DNA of 64,000 nt, from contig NC_043011.1 in NCBI RefSeq assembly GCF_006345805.1, forward strand, positions 67,530,464-67,594,463, in the 5' to 3' direction. This document shows, in pieces, positions 51,681 through 63,840 of the stretch (position 1 is its first letter; each line of letters starts with the position of its first letter). Source of the DNA: Octopus sinensis (lineage: Eukaryota). The notes below the pieces were generated by a model. It ran no database searches. It was not told the origin of the DNA and worked only from the letters and a program-made list of their open reading frames with translations. Position numbers and translations under genes: made by a program.

Positions 51681-54624
51681 TGTTTCTTTATTAGCCACAC
51701 AGGGCTGCACACAGATAGAACAAATTACAAGGTAGAGCTTTTCTTTTCAAGGTTTAAAAAAAAAAAAAAAAAGGAAGGGGGAGTTTCGATCAAAAGGGAT
51801 CGTAAAAGGAGAGAAAGAGGACAAAAAAAAGGGGGGTTAAAAAAAAGGCGGAGAGGAAAAAAAAAAAAAATTGATCAATAGGGATCGTTATCACAGAAAT
51901 GTCAATATGAAGTGTAAAGGGGAGGACAGATGAGGTTTACCCGTGGAAAGAAAAGCCTACGGAAAAGACCACGGTAACCTCGGTCAATGAAGTCACATTT
52001 TATATTTTTTTTTTTTTTTTTTTCAAATAAGCAACTCTCTGTTTTCGATTTCTGGGTTCATAGGACTATGCTCAAGGTGGCTTTGTCATTCATACGTGCC
52101 ATTCTTGCTACATTCACCCATCTTTTTTTAAAACATTCGCTAGACAAAACTTGCCTCTCTACTCTCACTTTCCTTTTCAAGTGGTACTTGAAGAAGTTGA
52201 TGAGAGATTGACCAGAGAGGAAAGTGTTTGTCTCCAATCCTTTCAGACGCGTCCACCAGATGAAAATAGCTCTTCCTTCCCGTTTGAAGGAAGGAGGCGT
52301 GACAATATTGACGATAGACTCAGCTGATAAACCGACTCGTCCCACACGTGACAGCAGTTGTTCGACATAAGCCCACAGGTCGGAAATTGTTGGACACTGA
52401 ACGAGTGCGTGCAGAACGGTTTCGTCGCTCTGACCGCATCTCGGGCAGGTCGGCCCCGTGTTTCTCGACCCGTGTCTGTAGAGCTTATCCCGAATGGGTA
52501 GCGCTTCTCGGTAGCACAGCCAGGCCAGGGAGCTCTGGAAGTTGTCCATGGGCCCTGGCCCGAAAGTCGTCCTGAACAGGCGGGTCAGGTACTCCTCGTC
52601 GACGTCCAGGTTCGCCCCGAGCTCGTCGTCGTACCTCTCCTCCACTAAAGCCCTATAGAATGCTTTGGTTGTGTTGAAGTCACTTAAGGTCGACCCAGGA
52701 CGGCAGAGTTGCTTGAGAGCAACGCGACACTCGCGGTGCCATTCGCCCTTCCTCGGCCTCTTTTTGATCCACGACTGCAGTTCGGTCATGGAGACGAGCT
52801 GCGGGAAAGCGTGCCTCACAAACGGCGACCACACATGTTCACCGTCGTCTACATAGACCAGAGATGTCGCAGTCTCAGCGCGTGTCTGCGCATCATCAAC
52901 CACGGCATGCCCAGCCCTCCTTTTAACGGGTGTTGACAGCAAATGGATCGCCTGACCATCGGGACGCATCCTTTCCACAAGAAGCGAAAGAGGATGCGTT
53001 GTAGTTTGGTGATGGTAGGGTCGGGACAAGGTACGACGGTCAGGCGGTAGTAGATGACGGACGCGATGTACGTGTTCGCCACCTCCGCTCGACCTTTTAG
53101 GGACAGTTTCCTCTCGGCCCATTGCCGGGCAAGTGTGACCACCCTACTCGTTATCTCGTTCCAGTTCTTCTCCACTTGGAGGTCCGGACCAAACCAGACC
53201 CCGAGCAACTCAACCGGGCCGTCGGTCCAGCGTCCCACGACGGAGGCGCTGGTGGACGGCATGGGCTTGCTTCTCCAGGTGCCTAGTCGCAAGCCCACTG
53301 ACTTTTCCCGGTTGATTTTCGCTCCTGTCACCGCTTCGTAGTTTTTCAGTGTCTCGCCGACCAGCTCGAAGTACTCGTGGCTAGACACTATGACGGTGAC
53401 GTCGTCCGCGTATGCAGACACGCTCATCCCGCATCCCAATTCTCGCGGGATGCCCCTCAGAGTCGCCAGCTTCCGCAGTAGTGGCTCAAGAGTCAATACG
53501 TATAGAAGCGCCGAGAGGGGTCATCCCTGACGGATCGAACGTGCAATGTCGAAAGGTCTCGATAGATGTCCATTTACGCGAATTACCGAACGGATGCCTC
53601 TGTACAAGGCAGCTATCCAGCCGCGGAAGACGGGACCGAAACCAGCCGCTCTCAGGACTGCCTCCAAGTATCGATGGTCTACCCTATCAAAGGCTTTCGA
53701 TTGATCCAAGTTGATCAGGGCCCCACCCATGCCAGGTTCGTTAACTACCCTGTCTATGATGTAGCGCATCAGATGGAGGTTGTCATGGATGGTCCGGCCT
53801 GGCACGGCGCATGTTTGCGCCTTGTCGACCAGTTTCTCGATGACAAGCGCCAACCTCTTGGCTAACACCTTGGCCAAAATTTTCAAGTCTGCATTAAGCA
53901 GAGTGATGGGCCTAAAGTTATCTATTACATTTCCCTTGTTTAGATCTTTCTTCAGCAGTGTTACGGCTCCTCGGCTCACAAAACCAGGAATGCTCCCGTT
54001 TTGCTGCCAGTTGCAGTACACCGCCGCCAAGAGATCTCCAAACAAGTCTGGCATACAATTGTAAAGCTCGTAGGGTAGACCATCCAAACCTGGTGATTTG
54101 TCCCTCAAGCATTCTGCCATCGCTTCCCGCACTTCCGCCGCCATGATGGCACCTTCGCAGCACCCTGCCTTTCTTGTCGAGAGTCGTGGTAGGCTATGTA
54201 GGTAGGCACTGAAGTCCACCTTACGTTCTTGCCCTCCACTCGTTCCGAACAGTCGGGCAAAATGCTGCTGAAAGGCCTCACACATTTTACTTGGCTCGAG
54301 CAATTCGCGCCCCTGTTCATCTACCAGTGACCGAATGGTGGCTTTGTTGCCCTGTTGCGCCTCTGCCACCCGGGCCTCTCTCGCGGCTCCAACACCTTCG
54401 TTCCTTAGAGCACGCATCCTAGCTCTGACAGCACATCCTTCGTGTTTGGCGTTGAAGTGTTGGTCGAGGGCCAACCTCGCCGCCAAAACGTCGGATGCGA
54501 TGCCGCTTCTAATTGCCTCTTCTAGCTTCTTAACTAGCTCACCCTCTACTCTATTTCTATCTATGGCTAGTGCTTTGCTGTACCTAATCGCTTCTGCTTT
54601 TACTGCTCTCTTGAGGGCAAACCA
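51681..54624 (-). mobile_element. Tx1/L1-clade LINE, 5'-truncated, inserted in (GATA)n
   Basis: KSPGLDGL, NFRPITLLNADLKIL, DQSKAFDRV, RQG*PLS (nonsense), YADD and CPRCGQSDETVLHALVQC; 3'UTR ending AATAAAGAAACA; (GATA)n on both sides. Confidence 0.95.
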
Positions 54625-54665
54625 GATAGATAGATAGAGAGATAAAGAGATAGATAAATAGATAT

Positions 54666-54742
<77 letters not shown>

Positions 54743-54993
54743 GAGATAGATAGAGAGATAGATAGATAGATAGATAGAGAGATAGATAGATAGATAGAGA
54801 GATAGATAGAGAGATAGATAGAGAGATAGATAGAGAGATAGATAGATAGATCATCATCATTCTTTAATGTCTGCTTGCTATTCTAGCATGGGTTAGATGG
54901 TTTCACTACAACTATTAAGCTGGAGAGCTACACTAGGTTACTATCCAATTTGACATGGTTTCTATAGTTGGATGCCCATATATATATATATAT

Positions 54994-55188
54994 AAAATTA
55001 TAATTTAGGGTATCTAAAAGATACCGCCATGCTGAAAATAGCAGCCAAAATCTGACTCTAAAACCACATTAAATGTTCATACAGCACATGTGCTGTATGA
55101 ACATTTAATGTGGTTTGGTTTTAGAGTCAGATTTTGGCTGCTATTTTCAGCATGGCGGTATCTTTTAGATACCCTAAATTATAATTTT
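54994..55188. repeat. Loop-less palindrome, 95-bp arms
   Basis: Centre CAGCACA|TGTGCTG at 55088/55089; perfect except an extra GGTTT in the right arm. The arm resembles the single-orientation sequence at 22425-22515. Confidence 0.95.
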
Positions 55189-56215
55189 AATAATAATTAT
55201 TACCTTTGAAGGTTTTTATTTCCCTGCTGGCCACTTGATAAGATCGATATTTAATCTAAATTTTTCTGTATTTAATTTAAATACAGAAAAGTAGCATCAA
55301 CATTTGCACCACTAATGAACAACCAAGCTTCAGAATTTTTCCCTCTATAAATTCAGAGACAATACAACTTGTAGTCAACACATTAGCAAAGATTTATATT
55401 TTATCACAAAATATAAACCCCTTTTGAATGCTTCCACCATAAATGACACTACTACAAGGGCCTTAGAATGATACCCACACAAATATTAAAAATGATATAT
55501 TCAGAACAGTCACTACCCATGAATTTATTCAGAACAATTCCAATCACTACTATTACAACCACAACAGCTCACTTTTCGGTCCCTTGACCATTTAAGAGGA
55601 TTCCACCAACATCCTCTATCATACACTCCTGTATTTTTAGTATTCTTTCTCTTCTTTTCCTACTCTCTCTTCTTCTTCTTCTTCATCTTCTTCATCTTTT
55701 TTCTCACCGCCTCCTAACTCAGTTACTACTGCTGCTTAAACAATCAAAACCAAGAACTCATATCAAATATTCTTCTAGGATTACTACTACCTACTACCTG
55801 CTACCAAGCCATCAAAAGACTAAAAAGATAAAGACAGACAGACAGAAAAAAGGAAAATGTCCCTTGTATTTGAAAACTATGGAAATATTTTAAAAAGCAT
55901 TTCATTTAATTTTTCCACAAGTTTATTGTTTTTCATGCTTTACTCTAAAGCTTATTTGATGACATAAAGTGGTCGTCTTGATTAAGACCAATCTTGTTGT
56001 TATTAAGCCCCAGGAGAACATCACCTGACAGTAAATCAAAACCATTTAATTCCAAGGTTTATGTTTAACAACTGAATGAATTTAATAAAAGCATCAAAAT
56101 ATGAAACATCATGAAAATTGTTCAAACTGAAGTCCTTCTTGAGTGACACATTTTCCCATTTGAGTCAATACAGAATTACAGAGAGTATTTATAGACTTTT
56201 GGCCAACCCTATATA

Positions 56216-56474
56216 TCTATATATATAAAATAAAGTGTCCATTTAAACACATAGGAATTCCTTACGCTAGAAAGAACAGCTAAAGTCCAAACTGCTAATT
56301 AGGGATAAATTCTTGAAGGGAATGAAAAATAAAAACATTTACCATTAGTGGTTTGGACTTTGGCTGTTCTTTCTAGCATAAGGGATTCCTATGATGGAAA
56401 TCTCTTAATGTATTTAAATGTACACTGTATTTTAGATGAATAATATATTTTCTATACGCTAGGCCACTGGTAGT
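56216..56474 (+). mobile_element. Short Helitron-like element with an internal 49-bp inverted repeat
   Basis: 5' TCTATATATATAAAA; IR 56251-56299 / 56344-56392; degenerate 3' end. Confidence 0.5.
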
Positions 56475-56529
56475 AAAAATTTCTAAAATCTTTATTACCC
56501 TCATATTAATTATATAAAATAAAGGATAT

Positions 56530-56692
56530 AGGCACAGGAGTGGCTGTGTGGTAAGTAGCTTGCTAACCAACCACATGGTTCCAGGTTCAGTCCCACTGTG
56601 TGGCATCTTGGGCAAGTGTCTTCTGCTACAGCCCCGGGCTGACCAATGCCTTGTGAGCGGATTTGGTAGACGGAAACTGAAAGAAGCCTGTC

Positions 56693-56748
<56 letters not shown>

Positions 56749-56985
56749 TGTGTGTGTGTGTGTGTATGTGTGTCTGTGTTTGTTCCCCTAGCATTGCTTG
56801 ACAACCGATGCTGGTGTCTTTACGTCCCCGTCACTTAGCGGTTCGACAAAAAGAGACCGATAGAATAAGTACTGGGCTTACAAAAAGAATAAGTCCCGGG
56901 GTCGAGTTGCTCGACTAAAAAGCGGTGCTCCAGCATGGCCACAGTCAAATGACTGAAACAAGTAAAAGAGAAAAGAGTAAAAGAG
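56530..56985 (+). mobile_element. SINE family A, full length
   Basis: Complete head, core, microsatellite and tail. Confidence 0.9.
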
Positions 56986-57754
56986 TATATGTGTCTCTCT
57001 GTGTTTGTCAAGTCATTAAAACTTGAGATCTACTCGACCGATTTTAATGAAATTTTATACATGTATTACACAGGGTCCATGGAGTATCATGGGCCAAAAC
57101 ATTTTTTAGCTTCTTGCCTAATGTGGGTGCAGGGGCATTATTTAACTGCATTATTTAAGCATTTCGCTGCATTAAGGCTGGTAACTTGAAGAGTATCCAG
57201 TTGCTTTCTGCCAAATTTGCAACAAACATTAATCAGGCTCCTCGAGCTGTTAACTAAAAACATTTCCAACGCTGACTCATGCACTGGGTTTTATCTTTGT
57301 TTCAGGCCATTTTCCCATGATGAAATATTGACACTACTTATGCATTATAAGAAGCTTATAATATTTCATGGAAAGCTTTCTGTCTAATTTAGCAGAAGAA
57401 ATGAGAAGATTAAAATTTTTGTCGGCGCCTTGTTGATGTTTCATGTTACCATCCCACGCATCACCGGGCCATGTGTGTGTGTGCAGCTGGGTAGAGGTGC
57501 AACAAACCCATTCATCCATTCTCCAGAAGTGCCCTGTTGATGTTTCACGTTTCCAATCCTTCGCAATGTAGCATGGCCCGGCAGTATGTCTGCTTTCTAT
57601 GTAATGCAAAATGTTCATATAAAAAAAAAATGCTGTTGTGACTCACAGCTATTTGAATCTGACCATGCGACCAATTCCGGAAGCTACGCTCGCCACCTGC
57701 AAACAGCCCCCACCTCCCTGTATTCCCTCCCCCGTTTAGTCGGACGAGTGAATA

Positions 57755-58090
57755 CAGGGTGTCTCAGAATTAATGATTATTTGAAAGAAATCGGATGCAT
57801 TTTTTAAAACTGACTTTTATTTATATTTATTATGTTTAATATGTATTAAAAGTGTATAAATTTTTTAATTTTGTTTATAATTTTATCTTCCTTCCAGTTG
57901 AACCCCTCCCGTTTGTCCATGACACCTTCTTTTTCAATTTGGCAGCAATCGTTTTCTTTACCTCCATTCCCCAAGATGGAGCGAACGTTTAGCAGTGCAG
58001 CAGCTAACTCCTGAAATGCTTCAAAGTGTGTTTCACTAAGGAGAGATTTGAAGTATGCAAAGACACAGACATGTTGAAAATTTTCAATAA
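57755..58090 (+). mobile_element. Tc1/mariner remnant
   Basis: TA|CAGGGTGTC terminus; C-terminal fragment AVQQLTPEMLQSVF...HVE. Confidence 0.5.
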
Positions 58091-58147
58091 ATGTTTAACG
58101 TAAGATTTATAAATCTTTTTTGTTTTGGTAATAAACACAAACTTCTG

Positions 58148-58536
58148 TCATATATATAAAGCTGAAGTTGTCTGTGTATGGCAGGTTTGGTAGCCTTCAA
58201 CTACCACTATCTCCTCCGAGACCCAGTGGCACAAGTTGACCAAAATTGAGAGTATGATAAAAGAAGGCTTGCTCTTCCTTCTGTCGAAGAAAAAATTCAA
58301 ATCGGACCATGTTAACGCCAAAAATTATTTACATCAAAAAGGTACTTTTTTTGTATGAAAATCCCTATTTTTTACAATTTTTTGACTGCTGTGTCGCCAT
58401 TTTTCGGTGTATTTCAACCAGAAAAATATTCACTTTAAGAAAATATCAAGCTACATAATGCAAAATTTTTACTTTTCAAAAATTCCAATTCTGAAGGGTC
58501 AAAACAAACCCGAGCAATGCCAGGCAATACTGCTAG
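58148..58536 (+). mobile_element. Non-autonomous Helitron (second family)
   Basis: 5' TCATATATATAAAGCTG; 3' CCCGAGCAATGCCAGG imperfect hairpin followed by CTAG|T. Confidence 0.75.
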
Positions 58537-58702
58537 TATATATATATATATATACACATATATATCTCTTCTCTTCTCACGTGAACTTTCACCTAATTAA
58601 ATACACTCTCCCTTACTTAAATTATTTTGTCAGCATTTTCTTCATTTCCTTTTTTTATATATCACAACTCGTGCTCCACATCTCCTTTTTTAAATATATA
58701 TA

Positions 58703-58749
<47 letters not shown>

Positions 58750-59087
58750 AAAGTGAGATAGGGGTTATGAGTGTAACCCACTATGAGATATCAGTTATCC
58801 AATATACTGCTAGTGAAGTACCCAAAAGGCTAATACATAAATGCTAATAATTGCCATGCAATTAGTTCATTTATTGTATTAGATGGGCGAAGGTAAGATA
58901 TTTTACCTCAAAATCATAATACAAATAAGAAAATGGAGGAACAGATTCCTTTCAATCATCGACTTACAGATATTACCAATTCATATTATTTATTAACTAC
59001 TTAAATAGGAACATCCAAATCCAACAGAATAAAACAATATACATCAATAATTAAGATAATACCATAAAAATAATACATATAAAATGG

Positions 59088-59215
59088 ATCTAACAGCTGT
59101 TTCAGCCTGTAGATAAAGGTATCTCATTGTGCCTATATTAGTCATATGTATTGAGGTAATATGCAGTTAAAAATGAGTTACTTATATATATATATCTCAA
59201 GGCCTCGTCAGAGAT
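59088..59215 (-). ncRNA. Minimal hammerhead motif, same family as 42520-42596, sense to the BH3 gene within intron 1
   Basis: ATCT-CTGACGA-GGCCT...AGGCT-GAAAC-AGCT-GTT-AGAT: canonical core, G.U-closed stem II, GUU triplet. Confidence 0.7.
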
Positions 59216-59569
59216 TATAAAGTACAATTATAAAAATATAAAATGTAAATATAAATATGAAACAAAATACACATACACAAGAATCATCATCATCATCGTT
59301 TAGCGTCCGCTTTCCCAGCTGGCATGGGTTGGACGGTGCAACTGGGGTCTGGGAAGCCAGAAGGCTGCACCAGGCCCAGTCTGATCTAGCAATGTTTCTA
59401 CGGCTTGAGCCCCTTTCTAACGCCAACCACTCCATGAGTGTAGTGGGTGCTTTTTACGTGCCCCCGGCACAGGTGCCAGACGCGGCTGGAAAACAGCCAC
59501 GATCGGATGGTGCTTTTTATGTGATGATTGAAAGAAATCTGTCTCCATTTTCTTATTTGTATTATATAT

Positions 59570-59613
<44 letters not shown>

Positions 59614-59707
59614 CATACATACATACATACATACATACATACATACACACGCACGTAAGTACGTACGTACGTATGTATGTATGTATGTAAGTAAGTAAGT
59701 AAGTAAG

Positions 59708-59738
<31 letters not shown>

Positions 59739-60022
59739 GTAAGTAAGTAAGTAAGTATGTATGTATGTATGTATGTATGTATGTATGTATGTATGTATGT
59801 ACGCATGCATGTATTGATTTATTGATTTGCATTTCTGAAACAAAGCATTATTTCGGTGCCTTTAATTTCTGAATTCCAACCTCACTGAATCCAACTTTGT
59901 TTATCTTGGATTCGATGTAAATGAAATAAAACTTTGGTTCAGCCTCGGATTAATGCTGTCGACTGACTCTAAAGGAAGTATTAAAACCGATAAAAGGAGA
60001 AGAAAAATAGTTATCTACTTAC

Positions 60023-60045
60023 TGATTAACCATGGCACTCGACAT
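60023..60045 (-). CDS. Coding exon 1 of a Bcl-2-family (BH3-containing) gene, MSSAMVN(Q); 5'UTR part of the exon 60046-60098
   Basis: ATG at 60045 with an in-frame TAA upstream. The exon has acceptor ttttctacAG (60100-60099) and a perfect donor CA|GTAAGT. Its phase 2 end matches the next exon. Confidence 0.72.
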
Positions 60046-60388
60046 GACAGCTTTGAAATTACCAAGACAGAATTAAATGGGAACGAATGTTTTCGAAGCT
60101 GTAGAAAACACAAGAGAATTATATAAAGAAAGCTGCCAAATTCATTTAGAATTTCGTAAACAGGAATATTGTGATGTTAATAAAATGTTCATTAATTAAT
60201 ATTCAGTTTTGTTAATGATTAGTGTTAAACTAAGGAAAGTGAAGCACACGGTAACCTGGATTTGGAGTTGAATTTCAAAATATAATTACAGTAAGTACCA
60301 GGGGTTATCTCCCTTGCATTACCAGAGACTAAATATTGCAACTTCGTTTCAATTTACACCCAACCGTCTGAAAACTGGTACACATTAA

Positions 60389-60419
<31 letters not shown>

Positions 60420-60700
60420 TACATGCACTCTTCCCCCCCTTTCTCTCACGTAAATGCATATATATCACTAAAATTAGAGAACTAGCCAACCGATTTCATT
60501 CAACTTTTACACATACCTTACTTAGGGTCTATACAGTGTCATGGGCCAAAAATATTTTCAACTTCTTATCTAATGCGAGCGCGGAGCAATCTCTTGTTTT
60601 ACGCCATTTCAGTATTACGTGTCAAAAGTGAAACAATCACATCTCTATTGTTAATGTGAGATACTTCTGGTTTATTACCTTCACTATCAATACTCAAAAT

Positions 60701-61475
60701 GGATCTTTTCACTTTGACCGGCAGATTTTTTAAATAATTTCTTTGTAACTAAACACTTTTAAACTTCGTATACTGGTAGAATGTGTTACATAAAACATCT
60801 TTTTCTCTTGGCTTTCTTGAAAAAAAATTGTAGTTTGTAAGATATTTCTTGTTTAATTTCTTGCATTTCAGCAATTTCAAACAATCAATGACGTCTATTG
60901 AGGTGAATACAATTTCTGCGGTTGCTTGTCAATACAGTGACTACCCATAATTATGACCCTAGTATCGATCTATAGCATTTCAATCTGTTTTATGGTTAGG
61001 GGTGGGGGAAAGGGTATATTTTTTCTTCAGAAATGTTAATAAACCCAATATGTTTCTTAAATGAATATATAATATGCAATAAGTGTATCTGTGCAACAGA
61101 GAGGTAAATTAAAACTGCATATGTTGTGAACTTAGAATATGTGTTTATTAATAAAAGTTTAATAATAATAATCTTTTATTCATACGAACATAACTGATAT
61201 GAAATATGTCATAAATAACAGTGACAAACTGAGTAGACACCGCATTGACAAACAACCGCAGAAATTGTATTCATCTCAATAGACGTCATTGATTGGTTGA
61301 AATTGCCGAAACGCAAGAAATTAAACAAGAAATAGCTTACAAACTACAGATTTTTCTCAAGAAAGCCAAGAGAAAAAATGTTTTATGTAACACATTCTAC
61401 CAGTATACGAAGTTTAAAAGTGTTTAGTTACAAAGAAATTATTTTAAAAATCTGCCGGTCAAAGTGAAAAGATCC
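60701..61475. mobile_element. Fold-back MITE with ~245-bp TIRs (superfamily unassigned, Kolobok-like termini)
   Basis: GGATCTTTTCACTTTGACCGGCAG... (60701-60945) vs ...CTGCCGGTCAAAGTGAAAAGATCC (61233-61475). Confidence 0.88.
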
Positions 61476-61522
61476 CTGAAAATATTACCTCACATATATA
61501 CATGCATACATTCACACACACG

Positions 61523-61562
<40 letters not shown>

Positions 61563-61573
61563 CACAATATGTT

Positions 61574-61607
<34 letters not shown>

Positions 61608-63140
61608 CTAGCATTATGACCCGTCGTTGCCGGGTCATATATTTGTGTACATATTACATGTACTTCTGTATATATACATCTACACATAAAATACAAAATA
61701 CAAAGTTATATCTTCATATCGCTAGTGATAACAATACTCAAAATATATAACAGACTGGAATTGTAGGCTCGTCTGTTGCAATTTCGATCAATTGTATCTT
61801 GTCCTCCTCTTGTATAGAAGTGTGGCTACAATCCAGCCTACCTCTACTTCAGTGGGGATATTTATAACTTTTATCCGGGACGTCCTACGTCCTACGTCCC
61901 AGATATAAAGGTAAAAATAAAGTATTTCCACTTTGCAAGGTTCGAGTCGAGTACTCCCTTGCACGCTCCGTTGACTCGAACCTTGCTTCTATTGTGGCGA
62001 ATTTACCGCCTCTAGTTAGGTATTTTTCATAGTCGCACCAAGACACTTTTCGATGGGGCTTTCCTCCAGGTGTTCAAATCTTTTTTTCTCTATATTGTAT
62101 ACTTTATAGACAATAGTCTTTTCTTTAATTTAATTTTTTATTTCTTTTGGTAGTGTTATCCTAGATTCACCGTCTTTGTCGGTGATCAATCTGTATTTCT
62201 TCCATTTTAATTTCAATGAGTTCGCGCCCGCTGACGGCTGCAGCGAAATTCATTTTTGACTTTCTTCTATCGAAGGCATTCCAACAAAAATGTTTCCGTG
62301 TAAACGGTGAAAATATTGTCAATTTCCCCAAACAGGGACACAATTCAATTTTTAAACAATAACCAAAGCTCCTTCTCCCAAAAGGGGAGGGTTACAGTTT
62401 ACAATTATTTAACAAATGCAACACAACAATGTTTCCTTTACGAGGAACCAAGAAACGTGATAACAATAGTTAAACAGTAATAATAATAACAACAAACCTT
62501 ACGATGAGTCAGAAAGCAGTTGAAGCTTTAGTCCTTTATGTATAAGAAATAAACCAACAGCAGTATTCTGTAGGAGCGACTGTTCGAGAAAACAGATATT
62601 ACATACAGCCAAACTTCATATACATACTTAATGCTAGCTAATTAGCAGATAATCTAACGTAAAAGCACAGCTCCATCAGGACTATTCCATTTCTGCACGC
62701 TAATTTTATTTTAAATTTATTCCCATTCATGTGAAGCCACTTATTCAAGTTCAAGTCATTGATGCAATTTTATACCAATTGCTATTTTTACTTTTGTTAT
62801 GTTACGATTATATTATACTTTAGTTTAATTTTAATTATTACTTACTACATATAATTCAATTGTTATTATTATTTTTATTGTTAAAGTGAAAGCATCTGAC
62901 ATAAAATAGAGAAATATTTTTGTTTCACTTTTAACACTGAAATAGTGGAGAAGATATGATATTGCTATGGGCTCGCTCTAGGCAAGAAGTTGAACATTTT
63001 GTTTTGCCCATAAAACTACAAGGACCCTAAGTAAGGCATGTGTAAAATTTGAATGAAATTGGTTGTGTAGTTCTCAAGTTTTAGGGAAACACACAGACAG
63101 ACAGACAGACACACATTCTCAGTTTTATATATATATATAT
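61608..63140 (-). mobile_element. Longer version of the 13.9/15.6-kb Helitron with two extra internal segments
   Basis: Same 3' hairpin plus CTAG and same 5' half; extra segments 61765-62078 and 62142-62671. Confidence 0.85.
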
Positions 63141-63840
63141 ATCATTAAGGAGAGGAGAAAACAAGGTGAAAAGCCGATCTATATATTCATTTTATCCATA
63201 TTAGCGATATTCTCTATAATATACAAAGTACAGATACAGATACATTCATTCATATGATATATAAACATTCCTAAGAATTTATAAATACATACATATACAC
63301 GAAAACTTATAAATATATAAGAATTCATACACATAAAAGATCTATAAACACATAAAAATTCATAAATGTATAAGTGTAAGCCCATAAAAGTACTTGCGAA
63401 GTCCGAATGAAGAGGGTGATAAAGTGTGTGCATTTTCTTTAATTTCTTGTATATATACACACACATATGTGTGTGTGTGTATGCGCGCGCGCGCGCGTGT
63501 GTGTGTATTAAAATGTAAGTAAAGCTGATATCTGTTGTTATCTGTTATCTGCCGGCTTTTTGTTTGTTTGTTTTTCTGGGTAAAGTTCGGCCAAATTTAA
63601 TAAAACCGACATTAATTTCTGAAAAGAGTCCAACCAGCTTGAGAGCCTGTATATAGACGCTCAACAAGCTAAAAGTAGTAGCCAAATCTCCTTCAAATGA
63701 TACAAATCCTGAAGTACAAGTTAGAGGATGACGTGCCTGTTGTGAGCTGCTTAGCAGGCAAAAGTAAAAAAGAGGCTGGATGATCACGAGTGGAAAGCGT
63801 TTACCCATAAATATATTCGTTTAGCTAAACAACAACAGTG

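Noticed and set aside
55940-56030. Candidate extra exon in intron 1 (acceptor actgtcAG)
   Set aside because: No frame is compatible with the phase 2 junction between exons 1 and 2.
63545-63830. Possible promoter or first exon of the BH3 gene (TGACGT motif)
   Set aside because: No convincing minus-strand donor, and the motif is too short to support a call.
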